Virus record (IMG/VR): IMGVR_UViG_3300045988_175656
Source: a virus
DNA: 64,000 nt
Strand: one strand, 5' to 3'
Made by a program: the position numbers and the translations under genes. Position 1 is the stretch's first letter; the number at the start of each line of letters is the position of its first letter. Shown here in pieces: positions 54,502 through 63,681 of this stretch. Under the pieces are notes generated by a model. That model was not told the DNA's origin, made no database searches, and saw only the letters and a program-made list of their open reading frames with translations.

Positions 54502-54944
54502 TGAATGAATGGTCTGAATTAAATAAATTGATAATCACACCTGATGTTAAACAAATACATTGTGATACAAGAGATTTTTATTGTATTTCATCAAAAGATA
54601 ATTTAAAGTACCACAAAAGCGACCATTTAGATGAACAAAAAAGGAAAAAGGGTATTATTAAAACAATAAAAAAACAAGCAGTTAAAGACTGTTATCTTAT
54701 TGAAGAAAGTGAAATTATAACATGGTTAACTAATATGGAATTATCTTCTCGTGATGGTTGTAAAAATACTGTAACATGGAGATTTTTATCATTTGAACAT
54801 TTAGATGGTATTTGGCTAAAATATATTAGAATGTATCGTTATAGTCCCACACAATTTATTGTTTGTGATTCATATAATAATATGATTGTGTGGAAAGATT
54901 GTAATGAAGAAAATTTATGTAAAAAATATTTAAATTCTCATTAA
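54498..54944 (+). CDS. hypothetical protein, paralogue A
   Basis: IHCDTRDFYC..GIWLKYIRMYRYSPTQFIVCDS; paralogue of the next gene. Confidence 0.55.
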   Translation: MMNEWSELNKLIITPDVKQIHCDTRDFYCISSKDNLKYHKSDHLDEQKRKKGIIKTIKKQAVKDCYLIEESEIITWLTNMELSSRDGCKNTVTWRFLSFEHLDGIWLKYIRMYRYSPTQFIVCDSYNNMIVWKDCNEENLCKKYLNSH

Positions 54945-54945
54945 T

Positions 54946-55386
54946 ATGGTAGATGATTGGATTAAAATTGATGAAGTGGAAATCACTTCAGAAATAAATT
55001 GTATTCATTGTGATACAAGAACATTTCATGCAAAATGTAACATTATTGATTTCAAAAAAATTGAAAATGATAGATATTATGAATTAACATATAACAAATT
55101 CATTGATTTTCTTGAAGAAAAGAAAGGTAATATTGATGAAAAGTATTTAATTAACATTAATGAAATTATACCATTTTTGTTAAATCTACGTGAAATCAAG
55201 AATTATGCAAATGAACCGATACTACGTTTTAATGGTGTTTTAGGATGTGGTTTTTGGCTTAAATATGTTCGTATGTATAAAATTAATGATAACCAATTTA
55301 TTGTATGTAATTCAGATTGTGTTCCAATTGAATGGAGACTTTTAAGTAAGAATAATGTAGCTATTACTAACTATGAAAATAAATAA
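54946..55386 (+). CDS. hypothetical protein, paralogue B
   Basis: IHCDTRTFHA..GFWLKYVRMYKINDNQFIVCNS. Confidence 0.55.
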   Translation: MVDDWIKIDEVEITSEINCIHCDTRTFHAKCNIIDFKKIENDRYYELTYNKFIDFLEEKKGNIDEKYLININEIIPFLLNLREIKNYANEPILRFNGVLGCGFWLKYVRMYKINDNQFIVCNSDCVPIEWRLLSKNNVAITNYENK

Positions 55387-55546
55387 GAATGTAACTTTAG
55401 AATGGCTTAGAAAAGAATTTCTTTATTGTAACCATTCTAAATATCGTAAGTATGTTGATGAATGGCTATCAAATCTAACAATGGCACAAATTGAAGGATT
55501 TGAATTACAAAGAATTGGTCAAGAAACTAAATCTAAATGTATATAA
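55373..55546 (+). CDS. small hypothetical protein (57 aa)
   Basis: hand-translated MKINKNVTLEWLRKEFLYCNHSKYRKYVDEW.. Confidence 0.35.
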   Translation: MKINKNVTLEWLRKEFLYCNHSKYRKYVDEWLSNLTMAQIEGFELQRIGQETKSKCI

Positions 55547-55547
55547 T

Positions 55548-55997
55548 ATGGGATTTATTTGTAGTGCTCTAATAAGAAAAAATACTAAAGAAATCCAATC
55601 AAAATTAGAAGATATTGGATGGGTAAAAGCTGAATATGTTGACGAATATCCTCATATAGAAACAAAATTTAATATGCACCCAACAGGAAAATTTTTTGGT
55701 TGTAATAGTGGAGAAAAAGGTGAAACTATATGTGGCATTCCTTTATCATTATTTATTGAAGGAGTTGATTGTGATAAAAATGAAGATTTGTTTTTTGCTT
55801 TATCTTCATTAAGAGATGATACTGATGAAAATCAACTTTTTATGATGGATGTTGAAATATATAATGATATTCCAAAAGATAGTACATTTTACTCAACTAA
55901 TATTGATGGAAAATATCATATTGGGACTAAAATAGACCCTTTTTATTGTCATAAAATGACTAAAGAAGAAATTATTAATTATTTTAATAAAAATTAA
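55548..55997 (+). CDS. hypothetical protein
   Basis: ORF track frame, start at the first ATG (MGFICSAL). Confidence 0.5.
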   Translation: MGFICSALIRKNTKEIQSKLEDIGWVKAEYVDEYPHIETKFNMHPTGKFFGCNSGEKGETICGIPLSLFIEGVDCDKNEDLFFALSSLRDDTDENQLFMMDVEIYNDIPKDSTFYSTNIDGKYHIGTKIDPFYCHKMTKEEIINYFNKN

Positions 55998-56030
55998 CAG
56001 ATAAAATTTTAATATATAAAAAATAATTTG

Positions 56031-56040
56031 TATATTTGCA
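56031..56040 (+). promoter_or_regulatory. Bacteroidota-type -7 promoter box
   Basis: tatatttgca; ATG at 56066. Confidence 0.6.
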
Positions 56041-56065
56041 TTGTTAAATTTTAAAACATATAAAA

Positions 56066-56851
56066 ATGAAGAAAAGAGCAATTTTAGGTATTGACCTACA
56101 AAACGATTTCGTTTTAATTAATGGTGCTTTGAGTGTGAATGGTGCAGAAGAAGATGCAAAACGTATTGGTGCATTTATTTCTAATAATAAGAAAGATATT
56201 CATCACATTTCTCTAACACTTGATTCACATCACCCTTTGCACATTGCAAACCCTATCTATTGGAAAGATAAAGATGGCAATCATCCTTCACCTTTCACAG
56301 TGATTACTTACCAAGACATTAAAGATGGTAAATGGACTACATCTATTAACCCACAATGGTCTTTCCGTTATGTAGAAGAGTTGGAAAAACAAGGAAGCCA
56401 ACTAACAATTTGGAATGAACACTGCCTCCTTGGTACTGATGGATGGGCAATTGTTACTCCTGTTATCAAAGCATGTATTGAATGGGAAGAAACTAATTGT
56501 AAGCCTTATAATTTGTGGTTTAAAGGAAGTAATTGGTTTACTGAACATTATAGCATTTTTAAAGCTGCTGTAACATATCCTGGTGCTCCTGAGACTGATT
56601 TGAATCAACAATTAATTCAGGTATTGAATGAATATGATGAAGTTTATATTTGTGGAGAAGCAATGAATTATTGTTGTTTGAATAGTATTAAAGATTTGAA
56701 TACATATGCTCCAGATTTAATGAAAAAAGTATTAATTCTTGAAGATTGTATGTCTCCTATTGGCACTTTTGACATCAATACAGACCCAGTTTATCAAGAA
56801 GCTGTTCGTTTAGGGGCAAAAATTATAAAATCAACTGATGTTTTGTTTTAA
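56066..56851 (+). CDS. pncA: isochorismatase-family hydrolase, nicotinamidase-like
   Basis: AILGIDLQNDF..GALSV.G, LTLDSHHP, ICGEAMNYCCLNS (catalytic Cys context). Confidence 0.65.
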   Translation: MKKRAILGIDLQNDFVLINGALSVNGAEEDAKRIGAFISNNKKDIHHISLTLDSHHPLHIANPIYWKDKDGNHPSPFTVITYQDIKDGKWTTSINPQWSFRYVEELEKQGSQLTIWNEHCLLGTDGWAIVTPVIKACIEWEETNCKPYNLWFKGSNWFTEHYSIFKAAVTYPGAPETDLNQQLIQVLNEYDEVYICGEAMNYCCLNSIKDLNTYAPDLMKKVLILEDCMSPIGTFDINTDPVYQEAVRLGAKIIKSTDVLF

Positions 56852-56940
56852 CACAATTTGAACAATATTTTATTACTGTATATACTTTATTTTTTATTGT
56901 TATTTTTGAGTTAAATCATTATATTTATAATAAAAATATA

Positions 56941-58572
56941 ATGAATACTGAAGAATTTATAAAAAAAGCTAAAAGTATATATGGTAATAAATACAATTAT
57001 TCAAAAATAAATTATGTTAATGCAAAAACCAAAGTTTGTGTAATATGCCCTGAACATGGAGAATTTTGGCAATTACCATATAGTCATTTTGTAAGAGGTT
57101 GTAATAAATGTTCAAAACCAATTTTCGATAAAGATTCTTTTATTAAAAAAGCTAAAGAGATACATGGGAACAAATATGATTATTCTAAAGTAAAATATGT
57201 AAAATGTTCTGAGAAAGTTTGTGTAATATGCCCTGAACATGGAGAATTTTGGGTATCACCAAATAATCATTGTAATGGTAAACACAAACAAGGATGTCCT
57301 AAATGTGGAAAATTAGAAGCTCAAAAAGATAATAAAAAACGTCTTGTAACAGCAGCTAATTCATTTATTCAGAAAGCACAGGAGATTCATGGGGATAAAT
57401 ATGATTATTCAAAAGTGATATATAAAGGGGCACATAAAAAAGTTTGTCTAATATGTCCTGAACATGGTGAATTTTGGCAAACACCTGATAAACATATTAA
57501 TGCTAAACAAGGATGTCCTAAATGTAAAGAAAGCTTATTAGAAAAAGAAGTAAGATTATTGTTAGATTGCAACAACATATATTATGAGCAAGAATATTCT
57601 GCCAAATGGTTAGGAAAACAACGTTTAGATTTTTATTTACCTAATTATGGTATTGCAATTGAATGCCAAGGAGAACAACATTATAGACCAATTGATTTTG
57701 CTAACAAAGGAAATGAATGGGCTAAAAAATCGTTTTTACAAACCCTAAAAAATGATTATAATAAAAAAAGAAAATTAATTGAAAATAATATTGAACTTAT
57801 ATATTACACAAAACCAGAATTAAAACAAATAAATGAATTTATAGATAAAGAAGATTTATTAACATATATAAAAAATAAAAAGATGAACGAACAAGAAACT
57901 TTTCAAACAACAATGGGTATTAATTTTACCAATTTTGATGTAAATAATATCCAAGAAGCTGAAACTATCAATGTAGTATTTGTTATTGATAAATCATCTT
58001 CAACAAACCGTTTTATCAATGACTTGAACAACACATTGAATGAGTTTTTACATGAATTTCAACGTTCTCATGTAGCAAGTAAAATGCTTATTTCAGTTAT
58101 TGAATTTAATGATAAAATTGATGTTGTTTCAGCATTTCAACCTATTTCAGACTTGAAAGACTTTAATGTTCAACCTTATGGTTGCACAAATCTTTATGGA
58201 GCAGTTCTTGCAGGTCTTGAAAATGCTGTACAATATCGTAAAGACCTTGAAAATAATGGAATTAGTGTAAAAACACTTGTTTTCATTATTACTGATGGCG
58301 AAGATAATGAAGGAGTTGACCCATCATTGGTAAAACAAAAAATTGATGAAATTTATCAAGATGAATCAAATTGTTTTAGTTTCACTGTTATGATGTTTGG
58401 TCTTGGTGATGAAGCTAATTTTGATGAAGCTCGTGAAAAAATGGGTATTAAACCTGAAATGCTTGGCAAACTTGGAGCTACTGCTAAAGATTTGCGTAAA
58501 ATGGTGTCATTTATTTCAAGTTCCGTTTCTTCAAGTGCAAGCGGACAAAATGTTTCTGCAATCACATTCTAA
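56941..58572 (+). CDS. homing-endonuclease-like module fused in frame to a vWA (TerY-like) domain
   Basis: aa 1-300: three KY(N/D)YSKx.Y..CPEHGEFW repeats plus RLDFYLPNYGIAIECQGEQHY; from the ATG at 57883: vWA with VVFVIDKSSSTN, GCTNLYGA, FIITDGEDN; no stop between the two parts. Confidence 0.6.
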   Translation: MNTEEFIKKAKSIYGNKYNYSKINYVNAKTKVCVICPEHGEFWQLPYSHFVRGCNKCSKPIFDKDSFIKKAKEIHGNKYDYSKVKYVKCSEKVCVICPEHGEFWVSPNNHCNGKHKQGCPKCGKLEAQKDNKKRLVTAANSFIQKAQEIHGDKYDYSKVIYKGAHKKVCLICPEHGEFWQTPDKHINAKQGCPKCKESLLEKEVRLLLDCNNIYYEQEYSAKWLGKQRLDFYLPNYGIAIECQGEQHYRPIDFANKGNEWAKKSFLQTLKNDYNKKRKLIENNIELIYYTKPELKQINEFIDKEDLLTYIKNKKMNEQETFQTTMGINFTNFDVNNIQEAETINVVFVIDKSSSTNRFINDLNNTLNEFLHEFQRSHVASKMLISVIEFNDKIDVVSAFQPISDLKDFNVQPYGCTNLYGAVLAGLENAVQYRKDLENNGISVKTLVFIITDGEDNEGVDPSLVKQKIDEIYQDESNCFSFTVMMFGLGDEANFDEAREKMGIKPEMLGKLGATAKDLRKMVSFISSSVSSSASGQNVSAITF

Positions 58573-58617
58573 AAGATTGCAACACTTTATGGTGTTTTTA
58601 TAATTAATTATAGTAGT

Positions 58618-58649
58618 AAAACCATTTGTCTGTGAAGATAGATGGTTTT
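58618..58649 (+). terminator. rho-independent terminator
   Basis: aaaaccatttgtct gtga agatagatggtttt followed by a T-run. Confidence 0.55.
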
Positions 58650-58694
58650 TATTTTTTTTAACTAATAAAATTTTGATATTATGAGAAAATATAC

Positions 58695-58704
58695 TATATT
58701 TGCA
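58695..58704 (+). promoter_or_regulatory. Bacteroidota-type -7 promoter box
   Basis: tatatttgca; ATG at 58745. Confidence 0.6.
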
Positions 58705-58744
58705 TAAGAATAATAAAACAAAAAATAAAATTAATTATTGAAAA

Positions 58745-59299
58745 ATGGAAAAAGAAAAATCATCTAAAAATTATACCATTATTGGTATTATTATTGCAAT
58801 TGTGTTTATAATTGGTATTGGATTTGCAATGAATATTAATTATAGCAACAAAGAAGTTAAACTGACTAATCAGTTTAATATGGAGATGAAAAATCGTGAA
58901 GCAACTTTTGACAATATGTTTAAAGTAGTTAACCAAACAGCACAAGTTGCTGAAAAGTACAAAGAATCGTTTAAAGACATTTATGTTCACATTACATCTG
59001 AAAGATATAGTAAAGATGATGGTGTATTAATGAAATGGATTCAAGAAAGTAACCCTAATTTTGATAGTAAATTATATGACAAACTAGCGTCTGAAATTGA
59101 GATTAAAAGGCAAGAATTTCTAATGGTTCAAAGAAAACTTATGGATATTGAGAACCAACATAATAATTTACTTGATATGATTCCTTCTTCATGGTTTTTA
59201 AGTGGTAAACAACGTCTTGAATATAAAGTAATTAGTTCAACTCGTTCTAAACAAGTTATGGAAACTGGTGTAGAAGATGATATTGATTTATTCAACTAA
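58745..59299 (+). CDS. LemA-like membrane-anchored protein (tentative)
   Basis: N-terminal TM, then YSNKEVKLTNQFNMEMKNREATFDNMFKVV resembling the LemA pattern. Confidence 0.35.
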   Translation: MEKEKSSKNYTIIGIIIAIVFIIGIGFAMNINYSNKEVKLTNQFNMEMKNREATFDNMFKVVNQTAQVAEKYKESFKDIYVHITSERYSKDDGVLMKWIQESNPNFDSKLYDKLASEIEIKRQEFLMVQRKLMDIENQHNNLLDMIPSSWFLSGKQRLEYKVISSTRSKQVMETGVEDDIDLFN

Positions 59300-59312
59300 A
59301 TAAATAAACCGT

Positions 59313-59621
59313 ATGATTTTTTTATTAATTGTCTTATTTGCAACATTCATTTATATAATTACAGTACTATTAATTTGTATTGATAGATACAGATTTTTCA
59401 GTGGTGGAAAAATAAAAGATTATTTTAATGAAGAATATTATGGAGATTCTTTATACTCTGATGAAATAACAAAGATTGCAACATTTATGCCATTTATAAA
59501 CGTTTTATTTGCTTTTATTAGATGTATATATTTGTTTGTTGAACTTATAAAATGGATTTTAACCAAAATTGGTGTTACAAAATGGTATAATCATTTTATT
59601 AATTTAGATTTAAAAAAATGA
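59313..59621 (+). CDS. small two-TM protein, paralogue 1 of 3
   Basis: TM - acidic loop - TM - basic tail; ATGA overlap with the next gene. Confidence 0.55.
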   Translation: MIFLLIVLFATFIYIITVLLICIDRYRFFSGGKIKDYFNEEYYGDSLYSDEITKIATFMPFINVLFAFIRCIYLFVELIKWILTKIGVTKWYNHFINLDLKK

Positions 59622-59914
59622 GTAAAATTTTATATGTAATATTAATAGCATATATATTACCAACAATTATATCAACAATTGGATTTTATCTTTATGATTT
59701 TAAAGGTCATACAATAGGAGAATTTTGTGAATATCTTACAACAGAAGAAGATGACATGAAACCATTACCTTTTATAGTATGTCCTGTGGTTAATATATTA
59801 TTTGGTATTATTGCAATAATAATCATATGTACCAATATAATAATATTACCAATAAAGATATTAAATAAGAAATATAAACTTTGGAGCAAAATACAAAAAA
59901 TTAGAATAAAATGA
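59618..59914 (+). CDS. small two-TM protein, paralogue 2 of 3
   Basis: YLYDFKGHTIGEFCEY..KYKLWSKIQKIRIK parallels paralogue 3. Confidence 0.55.
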   Translation: MSKILYVILIAYILPTIISTIGFYLYDFKGHTIGEFCEYLTTEEDDMKPLPFIVCPVVNILFGIIAIIIICTNIIILPIKILNKKYKLWSKIQKIRIK

Positions 59915-60228
59915 TAACAGATATAATATTTTTAATAATATATTTTTATATTATTCCTTTTATAATTGTAATTGCTGGATATTATATAGATTTTGAAGGA
60001 GAAACATTAGGGGAATTTAAAGAAGATATGTTTTTTATGGATGAACATGCTGATGACCCAGTATCAAAATTTATGCAATCCACAATACCTGGTATGAACA
60101 TAATAGTAGCATTTATATTTTTAGTTATTGGTATTCATAGATGTATAAAATTCCCATTTAAGATTATTAATAAAAAGTTTGATGTTTGGAATAAAATTAA
60201 AAATTTAAAGATTAAAAAACATATATAA
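59911..60228 (+). CDS. small two-TM protein, paralogue 3 of 3
   Basis: YYIDFEGETLGEFKED..KFDVWNKIKNLKIKK. Confidence 0.55.
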   Translation: MITDIIFLIIYFYIIPFIIVIAGYYIDFEGETLGEFKEDMFFMDEHADDPVSKFMQSTIPGMNIIVAFIFLVIGIHRCIKFPFKIINKKFDVWNKIKNLKIKKHI

Positions 60229-61394
60229 TGGAATATCTAATTTTAATTATACCTGTTATTGCTGCTATAATACTAGCTGTAAAATTTAGAGAACAAACTG
60301 TGTGGTGGGAATATGGGTTATTGTTAATTCCATCAATTATTATTGTATTTACTCTTAAATTTTCGTTTGAAGCTTATGAGACTTCAACTAAAGAATATTT
60401 AAGTTATTACTATGTAAAAGCTCGTCATACTGATGAATGGAATGAATGGATTCATAAGACGTGTACTAGACGAGTTCCTAATGGTAGAGATTCTAAAGGA
60501 AATACTACATATCGAACTGAAACTTATGATTGTTCTTATTGTCAAACACACCCTGAAAGATGGATTTTAATTGATAATACAGGCAATGAAATTTATACTA
60601 ATAAGACCACTTTTGATAGAGTAAGAACAAAATGGAAAGCTCCAATGGTTTTTGTGGATATGAATAGGCATTATTACACAAAAGACGGAGATGCACAAGA
60701 TTATTATTGGGATAAACAAGAAATGACTGCTGAGACTTATACAGTTGCAAAATCTTATTCTAATAAAATTAGAGCTTCTAGGTCAGTTTTTAATTTTAAA
60801 GAAATTAGTAAAAACGAAGCTAAAGAATTAGGTTTATATGATTACCCTGAAATTATAAATGACCATCAAAACCCTCTTATTGGATATAAAAATCCACGTT
60901 CAATTGATATTAATAGATTAAGATATATTAATGCTCTTTATGGTAAAACAAAACAATTTAGAACATTTGTTATAGTATTCTATGATAAACCTGCATCCAT
61001 AGCTGAAATGCAAAGGTCTTATTGGTTTGGTGGGAATAAAAATGAATTTGTAACATGTGTGGGAATAAATTCTCAAACAAATGAAGTTGATTGGGTTAAT
61101 GTTTTTAACTGGTTAGAAACTCCAAAAATGAATGTTGAATGTGAATATTATTTTTCAGGTAAAAAATATTTTGACCCATGTGAATATGCTGATTGGATTC
61201 ATAATAATATTAATCAATGGCAAAGAAGAGAGTTTAAAGATTTTGATTATCTTGAAGTAGAATTATCTGACACACAATATATGTGGATGTTTATCATTAC
61301 ATTAATGTATAGTATTGGGATTTCTATATTCATTGTTATGAACAATGCAAGAAATGATGAAAAAAACTATAAAAGAAATCGTTACAGATATTGA
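60228..61394 (+). CDS. membrane protein (two N-terminal TM, one C-terminal TM, large central domain)
   Basis: ORF track. Confidence 0.55.
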   Translation: MEYLILIIPVIAAIILAVKFREQTVWWEYGLLLIPSIIIVFTLKFSFEAYETSTKEYLSYYYVKARHTDEWNEWIHKTCTRRVPNGRDSKGNTTYRTETYDCSYCQTHPERWILIDNTGNEIYTNKTTFDRVRTKWKAPMVFVDMNRHYYTKDGDAQDYYWDKQEMTAETYTVAKSYSNKIRASRSVFNFKEISKNEAKELGLYDYPEIINDHQNPLIGYKNPRSIDINRLRYINALYGKTKQFRTFVIVFYDKPASIAEMQRSYWFGGNKNEFVTCVGINSQTNEVDWVNVFNWLETPKMNVECEYYFSGKKYFDPCEYADWIHNNINQWQRREFKDFDYLEVELSDTQYMWMFIITLMYSIGISIFIVMNNARNDEKNYKRNRYRY

Positions 61395-61396
61395 TT

Positions 61397-61768
61397 ATGG
61401 AAACAATAAATGAAAATACACGCATTTGCCCTTTATGCGGAAAAAAAATTCATTACAGAAACGTTTATGAAGATGGTTCTGATTGGTTAGGTCATCAAAG
61501 AGGGTCATCAAAATCATATACTATTGGTTATGAATGTACATGTGATAACATCAAATTTAAAAAAATGTGTTTAAATTGTTCGTTTTACCAAGCTGATACT
61601 TGTATCAATAAAAGTGTAATTGAAAAATATAAAAACACTATTGAGACACTTGATAGTCCTTTTTCAGTTGAAAAAATTTCAATTACTGTAAAAAAACCAA
61701 CTAATGCCTGTGATTGTTGGAAAGTTAATTCTGAAATTATTTCAAGAATTTTTAAGCAAACAATTTAA
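61397..61768 (+). CDS. zinc-ribbon protein
   Basis: CPLCGKK..; several CxxC-like pairs; start at the first ATG (61391 is TTG). Confidence 0.5.
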   Translation: METINENTRICPLCGKKIHYRNVYEDGSDWLGHQRGSSKSYTIGYECTCDNIKFKKMCLNCSFYQADTCINKSVIEKYKNTIETLDSPFSVEKISITVKKPTNACDCWKVNSEIISRIFKQTI

Positions 61769-61802
61769 AACCTATTTATTATAAGTAAAAACATATAATA
61801 AT

Positions 61803-62378
61803 ATGGCAAACACATTAAAAGTTACAAGAAAAATTTTAGAAAATATAGTAGAAAATACCATTAATGAAGTAATGAATGAAATAACTGCTTATCATGGAAC
61901 TGATGCTAATTTTGATAATTTTGATTTAGCATATATGGGAACAGGAGCAGGTAAACAAGATTATGGATATGGTATCTACTTATCAATACTCCCTGATGGT
62001 ACACAACAATATGGTAAAAATGCTTATACAGTTGAAATCCCAAGTGATAACAAAAAATATTTAATAGCAGATAAAGTTTATTCTCCATCTTTTGTTAATA
62101 AACTTAAAAATAAACTTTATCAACTTATTATCACACAAGATGATACCTATAAAGGTGCAGAAAAAGAATTAATGCAAGATTTGAATATTACCTTCAATGA
62201 TATTGATGGCACTAGTATATATGGCAGCATTGAAACTTATTTAGGAAGTGATAAAAGAACTTCAGAATTCCTTTACTCAATGGGTTTTATTGGTCTTAAA
62301 TATCGCAATGGAAAATATGAGAATGTAGTTATGTTTAACCCGAAAGATATTAAAATTATAAATAAGAAATTGGGATAA
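61803..62378 (+). CDS. hypothetical protein with YHGT..FD..GTGAG..YGYGIY module (polyvalent-protein / ART-like, tentative)
   Basis: AYHGTDANFDNFDLAYMGTGAGKQDYGYGIYLS resembles a module I recall at N-termini of phage/plasmid polyvalent proteins. Confidence 0.5.
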   Translation: MANTLKVTRKILENIVENTINEVMNEITAYHGTDANFDNFDLAYMGTGAGKQDYGYGIYLSILPDGTQQYGKNAYTVEIPSDNKKYLIADKVYSPSFVNKLKNKLYQLIITQDDTYKGAEKELMQDLNITFNDIDGTSIYGSIETYLGSDKRTSEFLYSMGFIGLKYRNGKYENVVMFNPKDIKIINKKLG

Positions 62379-62424
62379 ACAATAAAAATATCTATTAAAA
62401 TTTGCATTTTAAAAAATATAGTCG

Positions 62425-62434
62425 TATATTTGCA
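62425..62434 (+). promoter_or_regulatory. Bacteroidota-type -7 promoter box
   Basis: tatatttgca; ATG at 62483. Confidence 0.6.
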
Positions 62435-62482
62435 TTGCTTTTGAAAAAGAGCAATATTGTTTAATTAAAAAATAGATTAAAA

Positions 62483-63580
62483 ATGAAAAAAATTATTTTA
62501 TTATTAATGGCACTAGTACTTACTGTTAGTATTAATGCGCAAGAAAAAGCAGTTAAAACAAGTCAAGTGACTGATAATGTTTTTGTTGGTATTAATGGTG
62601 GTGGTTCATGGTCATTAATGAATAGAGATTCCAAATTCTGGAACAATGTCAATCCAATGGCTACAATTAATGTAGGACGTTACATTACCCCAATAACAGG
62701 TTTACAAGTTTCATTTGAAGCTGGAGCAAGAGAAGGTGGCAGATGTTTCATAGACCATACTAATTTGACTTTAGATGGTTTATTAAATATGTCAAACCTA
62801 TTTGGTGGATATAAAGGCTCACCACGTGTATTTGAAGTTGTTGGTGTGTTAGGTGGTGGTTGGTTTCACACTTATGGTAATGTAAGTAATAGTGCTTCTG
62901 TTAAAGGTGCTGTTGAACTTAATTTCAATCTTGGGAAAGAAAAAGCATGGCAATTAAATATTATCCCAAGTTATACTTATTTACCTGCAAAAGCAATTGA
63001 AAATTCTTATGTAGCTCTTTCAGCAGGTTTTACTTATAAGTTTAGAAATAGCAACAATACACATAATTTTGTATTAGTGGATGTAAGAAATCAAAGCGAA
63101 ATTGATTTGCTTAATCAACAAATTAATGCTTTACGTGAAAAAGCTGAATTGTTAGCTAAACAAAACGAAGAAAATAGTTCTTTGATTAAGGAACAAATGA
63201 AAACCATTGAAGAATTGACTAAATGTTGCCAAAAAGCAAGAGAAACAAAACAAGTAGTTTCTTTGACTAATATGGTATCATTTGAGATTGGTAAAGCTAA
63301 AGTTGATGAACTTCAAATGGCTAATTTGTCTCAAATTGCTAAAGTATTGAATGAAAATTCAGATTTAAACATTGAAATTAAGGGATATGCTGATAAAGAT
63401 ACTGGTACAGCAGAACTTAACCAAAAACTTTCTGAACAACGTGCTTTAAATGTTAAAAATGTGTTAGTAAATACATTTAATATTGATGAAAAGCGCATTT
63501 TAACAGTTGGAGTAGGGGCTACTGAACAACTCTTTGATGAAAACAATTGGAATCGTGTTGCAATCTTTGTTAGTAAGTAA
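62483..63580 (+). CDS. OmpA-family outer-membrane protein (signal peptide, beta-barrel-like N domain, coiled coil, OmpA C domain)
   Basis: MKKIILLLMALVLTVSINAQ signal; alternating aromatic/Gly strands; IEIKGYADKDTGTAELNQKLSEQRALNV. Confidence 0.75.
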   Translation: MKKIILLLMALVLTVSINAQEKAVKTSQVTDNVFVGINGGGSWSLMNRDSKFWNNVNPMATINVGRYITPITGLQVSFEAGAREGGRCFIDHTNLTLDGLLNMSNLFGGYKGSPRVFEVVGVLGGGWFHTYGNVSNSASVKGAVELNFNLGKEKAWQLNIIPSYTYLPAKAIENSYVALSAGFTYKFRNSNNTHNFVLVDVRNQSEIDLLNQQINALREKAELLAKQNEENSSLIKEQMKTIEELTKCCQKARETKQVVSLTNMVSFEIGKAKVDELQMANLSQIAKVLNENSDLNIEIKGYADKDTGTAELNQKLSEQRALNVKNVLVNTFNIDEKRILTVGVGATEQLFDENNWNRVAIFVSK

Positions 63581-63606
63581 TATTGATACAACTAAACATA
63601 TAAAAA

Positions 63607-63633
63607 AGGTGAGTATAAAGTTTATACTCACCT
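63607..63633 (+). terminator. rho-independent terminator
   Basis: aggtgagtataa agt ttatactcacct followed by tttttt. Confidence 0.7.
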
Positions 63634-63681
63634 TTTTTATATTATTAACAGTTATTATTTTAATAATACCAATTAAAATAT

